Positions 44,395-53,437 of a DNA stretch of 64,000 nt are shown piece by piece (position 1 is the stretch's first letter; each line of letters starts with the position of its first letter). The stretch lies in contig CAVVGO010000003.1 in the NCBI GenBank assembly GCA_963747835.1, positions 138,818 to 202,817 on the forward strand, read 5' to 3'. The stretch comes from an uncultured Alphaproteobacteria bacterium (GTDB lineage Bacteria; Pseudomonadota; Alphaproteobacteria; Rhizobiales; Xanthobacteraceae). The translations under genes and the position numbers were made by a program. The notes below the pieces were generated by a model. That model did not search any database. It was not told the DNA's origin and saw only the letters and a program-made list of their open reading frames with translations.

Positions 44395-45408
44395 ATGAGA
44401 ATTGCGAGAAGGCACTTCATTTCCTTGCTCGGCAGCGCGGTCATGACTGTGCCGCGCGCCGCCACCACGCAAGCCGAGGAATTGCCGGTCATCGGGTTCC
44501 TGCACGCTGCCTCAGTGGAGAGCTACGCATCCAATGCAGCCGCGTTCGCTCAAGGCTTGAAGGAATCCGGCTTCGTGGAGGCCCAGAATGTGGCGATCGA
44601 ATACCGCTTTGCAAACGGCCGGCTCGATCGTTCGGCGATGCTCGCAGCCGATCTCGTCCGAACTCCGATCGCTTTGATCGTCGCCGGCGGGGCCGCCGCG
44701 GCGCTTGCCGCGAAGGCCGCCACCTCCACGATTCCCGTGGTCCTGGTGTCCGGTTCCGATCCGGTCGGGCTCGGCCTCGCCGCCGACCTGAGCCGTCCCG
44801 GCGGCAACGTGACGGGCGCGACCTTCACGACCACAGGCCTTATGAGCAAGACGCTCGATCTCCTCCGCGAATTGGTCCCTGGTGCGACGACCGTCGGTTA
44901 TCTCGCCGAAGATGGGCGAACCTACCCGTCCGACTCTCCGGCATTGCGCGCCATCGGGCATTTAAAGAGCGAGATACTTGCAGCGGCGCGCGCTGCGGAT
45001 TGGCAGGTCATCGTTGTTGAGATCGGCAGCGACCGCGACTACGAAGCCGCCTTCGCAAAGTTTGTGGAAGGCCGGGCGGCCGCGTTGGTGGTGGCTCCCT
45101 CGCCGGTCTTTGCCAGCGACGCCGAGGACATTATTGCGCTGACCCTGCGCCACGAGATCCCAACGATGTTCCAGCGCCGCGCCGACGTCGTCGCGGCCGG
45201 ACTGATGAGCTACGGTGCCAGCCAAAAGGACGCTTGGCGCCAAGGCGGCCTCTACGTCGGGGAGATTCTCAACGGCGCCAAGCCGGCGGACATGCCGGTG
45301 ATGCGGTCGACGAAGCTCGAGCTGACAATCAACCTCGCGATCGCGAAAGCGCTGGGCTTGACGATTCCGCCGAATCTGCTCGCGCAGGCGAGCGAGTTGA
45401 TTCAATGA
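44395..45408 (+). CDS. ABC transporter substrate-binding protein (ABC_sub_bind / PF04392-like)
   Basis: Tat-like leader MRIARRHFISLLGSAVMT, then LPVIGFLHAASVESYASNAAAFAQGLKESGFVEAQNVAIEYRFANG...IPVVLVSGSDPVGLGLAADLSRPGGNVTG. Confidence 0.85.
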   Translation: MRIARRHFISLLGSAVMTVPRAATTQAEELPVIGFLHAASVESYASNAAAFAQGLKESGFVEAQNVAIEYRFANGRLDRSAMLAADLVRTPIALIVAGGAAAALAAKAATSTIPVVLVSGSDPVGLGLAADLSRPGGNVTGATFTTTGLMSKTLDLLRELVPGATTVGYLAEDGRTYPSDSPALRAIGHLKSEILAAARAADWQVIVVEIGSDRDYEAAFAKFVEGRAAALVVAPSPVFASDAEDIIALTLRHEIPTMFQRRADVVAAGLMSYGASQKDAWRQGGLYVGEILNGAKPADMPVMRSTKLELTINLAIAKALGLTIPPNLLAQASELIQ

Positions 45409-45574
45409 GGTCGGCTTGCCGACGATGGAGTTCCGCCCAGGGGCTGGCGCCGGGATATCGTGCGGCGCCTTCAACATCTAAGCTAAGCCGAGGTGACGGT
45501 ATCCATCCGCGCGCATGTGAAGGCTGCGCGATGGCGGTCGGTCGCCTCTGACGAGCCCGAAATATGAGGACAGC

Positions 45575-46480
45575 ATGTTCAAATATGACACCTTGAGCTG
45601 GACCGTTCACCCCAACGCGCAGAGGCCGGAAGAGAGCACGATCGGGTTGATCACGCTGCGGCGGCCCGAGGCGCTCAATGCCATCGATGTCCAGATGCGT
45701 GTGGAGCTCGACATTCTGCTTGACCAAATCCGCCGCGACGACAATATCCGCGTCGTCATCATCACCGGAGAGGGGCGCGGATTTAGTGCCGGAGGCGACC
45801 TGCGTTCCGAGGCGGGTCCGCTCGGCGCCCTCGACTCCGAACATGACTTCGGGGATTTTGGCGCCTATCGATTGCTCGCAAACTATTTCTTCAACGATCT
45901 GCGCCACGTCGTCATTCAACGCGCCATCCGTAAGCTGGAGGAACTGGCGCCGATCACGATTGCGGCGATCAACGGGCCCGCGGTCGGGATCGGACTTGAA
46001 CTTGCGACCGCCTGCGACATCCGTTACGCGTCAGATCGCGCGCGTCTCGGCGAGGTCGCGGTGCCTGCCGGTTTCGTTCCGGAATCCGGCGGTGCGCGCA
46101 ACCTGCCGAAGCTCGTCGGCGTGGGTCGCGCGATGGAGATGATCCTGACCGGGGAAATCATCGACGCCCAAGAGGCCGCGCGCATCGGGCTTGTGGAGCG
46201 TGTCTATCCGCACGACACGCTGCTCGATGAGGTATTCAAGATTGCAAGCCGCATCGCCTCCGCTCCCTATCTGTCGGTGCGGCAGGCTAAGGCTCTTGTG
46301 CGTCTCTACTGGGATCATAACAAGAGCGAAGACGGTGCGCGCGCCGAGTTGGAGGCGGTGATGGAGATCACCCGCACCGCGGACTGCCGCGAGGGGATCG
46401 CGGCATTCCTCGGCAAGCGTCCCGCCTCCTATCGCGGCCCGCACTATCGCGACGGTAAGGACCAGCATGAACCTCGCTGA
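45575..46480 (+). CDS. Enoyl-CoA hydratase/isomerase (crotonase) family protein
   Basis: ITLRRPEALNAIDVQM...VIITGEGRGFSAGGDL...TIAAINGPAVGIGLELATACDIRYA. Confidence 0.9.
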   Translation: MFKYDTLSWTVHPNAQRPEESTIGLITLRRPEALNAIDVQMRVELDILLDQIRRDDNIRVVIITGEGRGFSAGGDLRSEAGPLGALDSEHDFGDFGAYRLLANYFFNDLRHVVIQRAIRKLEELAPITIAAINGPAVGIGLELATACDIRYASDRARLGEVAVPAGFVPESGGARNLPKLVGVGRAMEMILTGEIIDAQEAARIGLVERVYPHDTLLDEVFKIASRIASAPYLSVRQAKALVRLYWDHNKSEDGARAELEAVMEITRTADCREGIAAFLGKRPASYRGPHYRDGKDQHEPR

Positions 46481-48044
46481 CATTGCGCTGCGTCCTGGCC
46501 GCGAGCACGCGGTCGCTTCACGGCCAGCCTTTTTGGCCGCGGCCGGCCCGGTCACCAATGCCGAGTTTCAGCGACAGGTGCAGGCGATTGCGCGCGGGCT
46601 GTTGGCCGTCGATCTGCAACCGGGCAGCAAAGTTCTCGTGCGGATGACCAATTCGGTCGAGTTCGCGGCTAGCTTTCTGGCGCTGGTCTGGGTCGGCGCG
46701 GTGCCGGTGCTGCAGAATTCGCAATTCGGGCGCAGCGAGCTCGAACACATCGTCAGCTTGGTTCGCCCAAGTGGCCTGTTGTTCGCTTCGGCAATCGAGG
46801 ATCCTGCCACTGAGGGATTGGCGTCCCATGCGTGGCGTGCGGTTGTTACGGGCGAGGGCCTGACGCTCGGTGGGGCCGCGGTCGGCGACTTAAGAGCCGA
46901 CGCATCGGCGGCGCACCACGCAAAGGCGGACGACCCAGCCTTCATCGTGTTCACCTCGGGGACGACCGGGCGTCCCAAGGGCATCGTGCACGCGCATCGA
47001 TGGCTGGAGGCCCTCGGCGACAGCAACCGGGCGCGCATTCCGCCGCAAGCCGGCGATGTCGCCCTGGCGACCGGCGAGTGGAGTTTCATCAGCGCGCTTG
47101 GGCACAATGTACTGTTTCCGCTGCGAAACGGCATTCCGGCTTCGATCCTGGAGGAACGCACCACACCAAAGCGCATCCTGGAGACCATCGCCCGCGATCG
47201 CGTGACGTTGCTCTACAGCGTGGCAACGCTTTATCGCCGCATCCTGGGGCAGCCCCGTATCGAGTCCGAATACGACCTCGGTTCGCTGCGTGGCGTCAAC
47301 GCGACCGGCGAACCGCTCGAGACAGCCGTTCGTGCCGAATGGGAAGCCCGCTTTCGCTGCCCGCTGTGGGAGCACTTCGGCATCTCCGAAGCCCAAATGG
47401 TACTCGGACACGGTCCGCTCGTGCCGCAGCGCGAAGGCACCGTCGGGGTGGCATGGGGTATCCGCCCCGCCATTCTCGACGACGCGCTTGTGCCGCAGCC
47501 CGCCGGGACATCCGGCCGCCTTGCCTTCGCGGCCGATTATCCGGGTTTTTTCCTGGGCTATCTCGGCGACGAGGCGCAGACACGACAGACTTTCCGCGAC
47601 GGCTGGTACCTGACCAGTGACCTCGCGATCGTCGACCCGGATGGTTACGTTTCAATTCTTGGCCGCGCCGACGATTGCTTCAAGAGCAAAGGCGTCTTGA
47701 TTGTTCCGCGTGAGTTGGAGGACGCGCTGCTCGCTGTCGGCACGTTCGAGGAGGCTTGCGTGTTTGCAATCCCGGACACCGAGATCGGCAACCGGATTGG
47801 CGCTGCCGTCATTCCACGGGCCGGAACCCCACCCGATCTGCTCGACCAAAAAGGCCTCGCGAATGCACTCAGAGGCCGCATCGCGGCATTCAAGTTTCCA
47901 CATTACGTCCTGGTGCTGGATGCGATGCCAAAAAATGCAAACGGCAAGACCCAACGGTCGGCCGTTGTGAACGCGGCGCTCGACCAGATCGGAGTGGTGC
48001 CGAGCCATTCAAGCCCCGCGCGCCCTCGCGACCCGGCTTTCTGA
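46467..48044 (+). CDS. AMP-dependent acyl-CoA synthetase/ligase (adenylate-forming family)
   Basis: AFIVFTSGTTGRPKGIVHAHRW...TGEPL...GWYLTSDLAIVDPDGYVSILGRADDCFKSKG...PKNANGKTQR. Overlaps the crotonase gene by 14 nt. Confidence 0.9.
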   Translation: MNLADIALRPGREHAVASRPAFLAAAGPVTNAEFQRQVQAIARGLLAVDLQPGSKVLVRMTNSVEFAASFLALVWVGAVPVLQNSQFGRSELEHIVSLVRPSGLLFASAIEDPATEGLASHAWRAVVTGEGLTLGGAAVGDLRADASAAHHAKADDPAFIVFTSGTTGRPKGIVHAHRWLEALGDSNRARIPPQAGDVALATGEWSFISALGHNVLFPLRNGIPASILEERTTPKRILETIARDRVTLLYSVATLYRRILGQPRIESEYDLGSLRGVNATGEPLETAVRAEWEARFRCPLWEHFGISEAQMVLGHGPLVPQREGTVGVAWGIRPAILDDALVPQPAGTSGRLAFAADYPGFFLGYLGDEAQTRQTFRDGWYLTSDLAIVDPDGYVSILGRADDCFKSKGVLIVPRELEDALLAVGTFEEACVFAIPDTEIGNRIGAAVIPRAGTPPDLLDQKGLANALRGRIAAFKFPHYVLVLDAMPKNANGKTQRSAVVNAALDQIGVVPSHSSPARPRDPAF

Positions 48045-48235
48045 CCCGGCGTTCGAGACGGCGTCTGACCGGGGGCCCGCTGCGTCGTCGCGAGTTGGCT
48101 GAAGTTGCCGCCAATGGGCTATCTGCTCCTCAAAATCAGAGATAGGCGCTGGAAAACTTCTATATTCTATGCTATTTGTAGACAATCTGATTTCATGCTC
48201 CCGGTTCCCACCTCAGCCAACTCCGACAGGAACAG

Positions 48236-48685
48236 ATGCTCACCGCCAAAGGAAAATACGGGCTCAAGGCCATGGTTTACCTTTCCTCGCTGCCGAAGGG
48301 CGAGACCGCGCAATCGGTCGACATCGCCGAGGCCAACAACATTCCAAAGAAGTTTCTCGATGCGATCCTGGGGGATTTGCGCAACGCCGGGGTCGTACAC
48401 AGCAAAAAAGGCCCGGGAGGGGGCTATATGCTCGCCCGGGCGCCGAGTGAAATCAAAGTCGGCTATGTTATCCGCACGCTTGACGGACCGCTGGCACCCA
48501 TCGCCTGCGCAAGCCGCACCGCCTATCAACCCTGCCAGGATTGTGACGAGGTGAAGGTGTGCACGGTGCGCCTGACCATGGTGAAAGTGCGCGATGCCAT
48601 GGCGGACATTTTGGATCGCCTGACCATTACCGATATGCTCGCGCTCGATGGTGGTCGCAAGTCAGCGCTGATGTATCACATCTGA
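48236..48685 (+). CDS. Rrf2-family transcriptional regulator
   Basis: MLTAKGKYGLKAMVYLSSLPKGETAQSVDIAEANNIPKKFLDAILGDLRNAGVVHSKKGPGGGYMLAR. Cys residues at ...IACAS...YQPCQDCDEVKVC. Confidence 0.9.
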   Translation: MLTAKGKYGLKAMVYLSSLPKGETAQSVDIAEANNIPKKFLDAILGDLRNAGVVHSKKGPGGGYMLARAPSEIKVGYVIRTLDGPLAPIACASRTAYQPCQDCDEVKVCTVRLTMVKVRDAMADILDRLTITDMLALDGGRKSALMYHI

Positions 48686-48698
48686 CCGATCGCCTATA

Positions 48699-48721
48699 AG
48701 GCGCCCGAGACATCGGCGCCT
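48699..48721 (+). terminator. Weak terminator-like hairpin after the Rrf2 gene
   Basis: aggcgcc-N9-ggcgcct followed by cgtttcg. The T-tract is short. Confidence 0.3.
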
Positions 48722-49363
48722 CGTTTCGCAACCCGGAACGACAGTCCGTCAATGGCCGGATCGCTTGGCCCCAACAAGCGCTACTCCGCCATAGCGGGGC
48801 TGTGCGCTGCCCGCACGCCGCCGGGAGCAGCCTGAATGTTGCAATAATAAAGTTATTCGATATACTATTGGCGCTCGCCAATGGACGAGGTATATGGGCA
48901 GGATCGCGCAACTTCTGGGAACCTTGCTGCATCCAGCGCCGCCGGCCTCCCATATCGGCCGGTTTGCAACGGAGAGGGAGAAGCGCGGTTGCGGCCTTGA
49001 GCGCGAACGGGAACAGCCCGTCTTGTTTGCCGAGATCGTGGCAGCATCGGCGTTTGTGGACTTCGGTGGGGTTCCGGACGGCCGTTGGTTCCACATTTTA
49101 TACGCGTGGCAATTATCCAAGACCTGCGAGTCCATGGGCGACGCACCGGATAGCAGTGGAACAACGGCAGGATCAACTCGCGCATCAGTTCGTTCAACAA
49201 GAAAATCGTCTGATGAGAAGATCAAGGAAAGAAGAAACGTTCTGCTATCGACACGGTTCAAAGCATGATGGGTGCGAAATTCATGACCCGGGACTTTGCC
49301 TCTTTCCCAAGCGGTCCATGCATCGCTATAACATTAGTCTATAGATAATATGGAATAAATTAT

Positions 49364-49573
49364 ATGCGTCCGATCAGTGAATCTTCGATCCTGAATCTTG
49401 CGATGTTCATTGTGGCGTTCGGTGTTGTCGCTCTCGTCGTCATCTTTGCGCACCCGGCCTCGCAGCCAATGGCGACTGCGGTGAATGGAGCGGTCGGCGA
49501 CGGCGCCACGGCTGCCAGTGCATCGTTCAAGCCTGCGGTCGCAGAGCCGTTACGCCGCCGCGCCGCCGAGTAG
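49364..49573 (+). CDS. Possible small membrane protein (69 aa)
   Basis: One clear TM segment (ILNLAMFIVAFGVVALVVIFA) and G/C-rich third positions, but no convincing SD and no family recognised. Confidence 0.3.
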   Translation: MRPISESSILNLAMFIVAFGVVALVVIFAHPASQPMATAVNGAVGDGATAASASFKPAVAEPLRRRAAE

Positions 49574-49696
49574 GGCGAAAATCGATGCCTATACGGTCCA
49601 CCTGGCGCAATCGAAACTTCGGACAGCTTGCCGTTTGTGACGGTTCGCCGCCCGTCCTGTCGGCTGAAATCTTGCCTCGCCGTGCATGACTGCGTC

Positions 49697-50392
49697 TCAG
49701 CGCTGCGTGAGCGTACCCTTCTCGGTGACAACTTCCCAATGACCGCCGCGTTGGCGGATGGCCGCGACCCGGCCAAGCTCGGGCATCACATAGCCGGGCG
49801 TCACGTCGATGGTGCCGCCGGTGCCGCCGATGACGGCGAGGCCTTCCTCCGCGTGCAACACGGTCCAGGCCGACTTCGCTTTGGCGCCGCGCCGCCGTGT
49901 CGCCGGGACGGTCGGCTGCACCGAGCTGGTCGCGTCCTGGCTGTAGACGAGCGTCTCCAGCCAGTCGATCCGCTTGTTGACGGCGGTGAGGGCAGCGCTA
50001 TTGCGCTGCTCATGTTCGTCGATGGTCGTGCGCAGCGTCGCGAGATCAATATCGGTCGGACGGTTGGTCGTCGGACCCGGCTTCGCGGCTTGGTGCTGCA
50101 GCGCATCGGCCGCAGCATCCGCCCGAGCCGTCAGCCGCGCGATCTCGCTACGCACTTGGCCGAGCGAACCTCCGATTTTGGCGAGCTCCAATGCCTGGAG
50201 CTGCTGCTCGGACTTGATCACCTCGCTCTGCCCGAAGCCCGCGGTGCGCATCATGTTCTGCACGGCGCCGCTTGCGATGCCGCTGAGCGCGGCGCCGGAC
50301 GTCACCGCAACTGCGAGACCGACAGCGATCAAGAACGTGAATGCGACAGGATCTTGTTTGGGGAGAGAGGCACTGCTGCCCGGCTTACTCAT
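49697..50392 (-). CDS. Membrane-anchored coiled-coil protein with a small C-terminal beta domain (paralogue of 52280-53230)
   Basis: MSKPGSS...TM (VAFTFLIAVGLAVAVTSGAALSGIASG), a coiled coil, and a C-terminus WTVLHAEEGLAVIGGTGGTIDVTPGYVMPELGRVAAIRQRGGHWEVVTEKG. The start is chosen at the internal ATG before the TM segment. Confidence 0.6.
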   Translation of the reverse strand: MSKPGSSASLPKQDPVAFTFLIAVGLAVAVTSGAALSGIASGAVQNMMRTAGFGQSEVIKSEQQLQALELAKIGGSLGQVRSEIARLTARADAAADALQHQAAKPGPTTNRPTDIDLATLRTTIDEHEQRNSAALTAVNKRIDWLETLVYSQDATSSVQPTVPATRRRGAKAKSAWTVLHAEEGLAVIGGTGGTIDVTPGYVMPELGRVAAIRQRGGHWEVVTEKGTLTQR

Positions 50393-50694
50393 GTACATAA
50401 ACCCCGATACACAACACGAAACTGGATAGACGTTGATAACCCTAACGACTTTCAGAATTGCTAACGGGGCGTCCAATGCCGATGCGCCCGCGAGTTTTTC
50501 GCCCCGCCAGCGATCACGCGATCGTCCGAAAGTCGGTAGGTTGTTCGGACAGGATCATGCGCAAAGTTAACGCAGATCCGGCGGCGGTCGCCGAACTGGC
50601 TCGCACCAACGTCCCCAAACGGTCCGAAGTGGTCAGGCGGGCCGGTATCCGGATGGCAGACTGACCGGGCCGGCTAACAAGGGCCGGGTGGCCC

Positions 50695-51204
50695 CTACGG
50701 CTTCGGCATGACGTGGCTGCAGGACTTGCAGGTGCGGAATTCCTCGTTGTCGAACAGGCGCGCATAGGCCTTCGACACTGGATCGGCGCGGTAGTCGTGA
50801 ACCTCCGCCTTCTCCTCATGCAACAACGCGTCGCATTGAGGGCAGAACCAGCGGAATCGGTCGATCTCGCCGGCGCGGCGCTGGCGCTCGATCACAAGCA
50901 AGTAAGCATCGGGCGGGAAGCGCGGCGAATGCGGAGTGCCGGCAGGCGTGTAGATGGTGGAGCCCTCCGCCACTTCGGCGATCTCTTCCTTGCCCTCGGG
51001 GGTGCGGTAGTGCAGCCGCATGTCCCCCTTGATCATCAGCATGACCTCGTCGCTCGGATTGATGTGGAACTCCGACCGGTACTCGCGGCCCCGTGCCACA
51101 AAGGCGAGTGATTCGGGTTCCTGCCACAGCACGCTTACCCGCTCGCCGCGCTTGGCGAGTTCGCGGCCGCGGGCGAGCAGATCAACGATCGGCATCGGCA
51201 GCAT
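50695..51204 (-). CDS. 3-hydroxyanthranilate 3,4-dioxygenase (cupin plus C-terminal rubredoxin-like Cys4 site)
   Basis: FHINPSDEVMLMIKGDMRLHY...IYTPAGTPHSPRFPPDAYLLVIERQR...FRWFCPQCDALLHE...FRTCKSCSHVMP. Confidence 0.8.
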   Translation of the reverse strand: MLPMPIVDLLARGRELAKRGERVSVLWQEPESLAFVARGREYRSEFHINPSDEVMLMIKGDMRLHYRTPEGKEEIAEVAEGSTIYTPAGTPHSPRFPPDAYLLVIERQRRAGEIDRFRWFCPQCDALLHEEKAEVHDYRADPVSKAYARLFDNEEFRTCKSCSHVMPKP

Positions 51205-51270
51205 GAGATGATCCTTAGTTGCGATTTCAATTTCTATTGTGTTCGGTCGGTCGCGGTGCGCCGTGCGGCA

Positions 51271-52152
51271 TTAGTGTCCTGGCAATACCAGGAATTTGCC
51301 CTTGGTGGGTAGCGTTGCTTTCGACACCACGAAGGAGGGCGTTTCGGCGAATTCGACATCGTAGTGCTGACCGACCCGTTCCAGGAACCGGCGCAACGTG
51401 AAGGTGCTGAAATAGTGCATCGGCACCATCAGGGGGGCCTTCATGGCCTGCACGACTTCCACCATGCCTTCCAGGTCCAGGGTGACGCTGCCGTCCACCG
51501 GCACCAGCAGCACATCGATATGCCCGATGTCATTGAGCTGCTGCTGGGTCAGGGTGTGGTGGAGGTGGCCCAGATGCGCGATGCACAGGCTGCCGACTTC
51601 GAAAATGAAGATCGAGTTGCCGTTGCGCTCGGTGCCGCCGCTCCAGTCGCGGATATTGGTGGAGACGCTGCGCGCATGCACATCCGCATAGGTGATGTCG
51701 TGGTTCGCCGGCTTGCCGTCGTCCCGCCAACCGCGCAGAACGAACTTGATGTCGGCGTCGGGCCGGTCGGTATAATGCGTCGAGTGCGCGTGGTTCATGG
51801 TGACGATATCGGGCAGGATCGGCGGCCGGACGTAATCATTGTAATCAGTGGCGATGCGCACCAGCTTGGGGCTCTCGATCAGGAAAGTCGAGTGGCCTAT
51901 GTAGGTGATCCGGGCTTCATTGGTGGCGAGCGCGGCAGGCCGGTAAGCGACCGGGACCGCCTGGGTGCGATCCGACGCGACGAGGCCAGGGCAGGTTTCG
52001 TTCATTTCGGGTTTCGCCCCCGGGGCCTCTGGGGGCGCCGCGTTCTGCGCCGAAGCCGCAAGGCAGGCGAGGCTAATCAGTCCGCAGGCAAGGATCGACA
52101 ATTGCGGCACGACAGCAAGCATGGAACGCTCCATGAAGATTGCGTTCCACAA
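51271..52152 (-). CDS. Exported MBL-fold metal-dependent hydrolase
   Basis: Signal peptide (MLAVVPQLSILACGLISLACLAASA), ITYIGHSTFLIESP...VTMNHAHSTHYTD...CIAHLGHLHH. The start is one of three ATGs at 52122-52152. Confidence 0.8.
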   Translation of the reverse strand: MWNAIFMERSMLAVVPQLSILACGLISLACLAASAQNAAPPEAPGAKPEMNETCPGLVASDRTQAVPVAYRPAALATNEARITYIGHSTFLIESPKLVRIATDYNDYVRPPILPDIVTMNHAHSTHYTDRPDADIKFVLRGWRDDGKPANHDITYADVHARSVSTNIRDWSGGTERNGNSIFIFEVGSLCIAHLGHLHHTLTQQQLNDIGHIDVLLVPVDGSVTLDLEGMVEVVQAMKAPLMVPMHYFSTFTLRRFLERVGQHYDVEFAETPSFVVSKATLPTKGKFLVLPGH

Positions 52153-52279
52153 GCTTAACCCAAGTTTCGGCCGGCCGTCCTGCCTTTATTGGTTGCGTAA
52201 TTGGTGGCACCGGTGATTGCGCATCAGGCACCGGGCGGCGAAGCGGAGGCGGTTTCGCGCAAGGCCAAAGCGCTCAGCT

Positions 52280-53230
52280 TCAGCGGGATACGATCAGGCC
52301 GCGGCTCGTCACCACCACCCAGCGCCCGTCCAGTCGCTTGACCGCCTCAATGCGGCCGAGCCCTGGCAGCGTGTCGCCGGGCAGGACCGCGATGACGCCG
52401 CCGTGGCTGCCACCCTGGATCATGGCGGCGCCATTATAAACATCGCGCAGCACCCAACCGTCGACGATCAGGGCCGGCGATGGCCGCTTGGCGTCGACGG
52501 TCGGCGGCGTCGCTGAAGCGACGTGCGTCTCTGCGACCGTGCCGGTGATATCTGTCGAGGAGGCCGCGAGCTTTCGCTCGACGCGGTCGAGCACGTCGGT
52601 TGCTTTGGCGAGCTTGGTGCCGGCCTCGGCCTGGGCCTTTTCGGCGCGGTCCATGCGGTCGTTGATCTTGGCGACTTGCTGATTCGTGGACTTGGCGGCG
52701 CTGTCGATCCCGGTCTTGAGCACCGCGAGTTCGCGGTTGACGCGGCCGAGCGCGTCGGTGAGCGCGGTGTAATTGACGGGCGCGGCCGGTTTGGATTTGT
52801 TTGTCGTGAGGTAGCCGATGCCGGCGGTGGCGAGCGATCCGGCGAGGCCGCCGAGAACCGCGGCGATCGCCACCATGGCGGCGAGCGTGCGAAACCGGAA
52901 AAAAGTCGACCTCGGTATGGCTTCGGCCGGCTTGGCGTCGGGCTCGGGAGCATCGGCCTTAAGGCGGGGGTGCGCGAGCACCAGGGCGGTGCCCATCGCG
53001 GTCGCGGTCCCCGGGCTAGGGATTTTGTCGTTCACGTGCGGCGCCCCGATGTGTTCGGGGCCATGCCGTTCCGCCGAAGGCTCCGCTGCGGCCTTCACGG
53101 CTTCACCCGGTGCATCCGGCGCGAGCCCCGGCGACTCCACGTGGGCGAGGCTGTCCTGGGGCGGACCGATGAACTCGCCGTTCGGGCGATTCGAAGGTCC
53201 GCCTGGATCGTTTTTGGTGGCATCGCTCAT
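52280..53230 (-). CDS. Membrane-anchored coiled-coil protein with a small C-terminal beta domain (paralogue of 49697-50392)
   Basis: GGGAG SD before the ATG at 53230. TM (LAAMVAIAAVLGGLAGSLATAGIGYL), coiled coil (LAVLKTGIDSAAKSTNQQVAKINDRMDRAEKAQAEAGTKLAKATDVLDRVERKL), and C-terminus GWVLRDVYNGAAMIQGGSHGGVIAVLPGDTLPGLGRIEAVKRLDGRWVVVTSRG. Confidence 0.6.
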   Translation of the reverse strand: MSDATKNDPGGPSNRPNGEFIGPPQDSLAHVESPGLAPDAPGEAVKAAAEPSAERHGPEHIGAPHVNDKIPSPGTATAMGTALVLAHPRLKADAPEPDAKPAEAIPRSTFFRFRTLAAMVAIAAVLGGLAGSLATAGIGYLTTNKSKPAAPVNYTALTDALGRVNRELAVLKTGIDSAAKSTNQQVAKINDRMDRAEKAQAEAGTKLAKATDVLDRVERKLAASSTDITGTVAETHVASATPPTVDAKRPSPALIVDGWVLRDVYNGAAMIQGGSHGGVIAVLPGDTLPGLGRIEAVKRLDGRWVVVTSRGLIVSR

Positions 53231-53351
53231 GGCCTGCTCCCACTGCTGGCATTTTTCGGCAAAGCTGGTGCCGGCTCGCCGCAGAAAATGCGTCAAAACC
53301 AACGCAACTGGAGCTTGAATTGACGAGGTCGGATCACGCTCCGGCGTTCAC

Positions 53352-53381
53352 CAATTGGTAAGCACTGTTGCTTACCAATTA
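53352..53381. promoter_or_regulatory. AT-rich 12-bp inverted repeat with a 4-nt loop: operator or terminator between the kinase gene and the coiled-coil gene
   Basis: caattggtaagca-ctgt-tgcttaccaatta. Confidence 0.4.
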
Positions 53382-53437
53382 GTTACCGGTTCGTGCCGCG
53401 ACGCAGGTGTTCGCGTATGACGGAATGTCCGAAGGCG

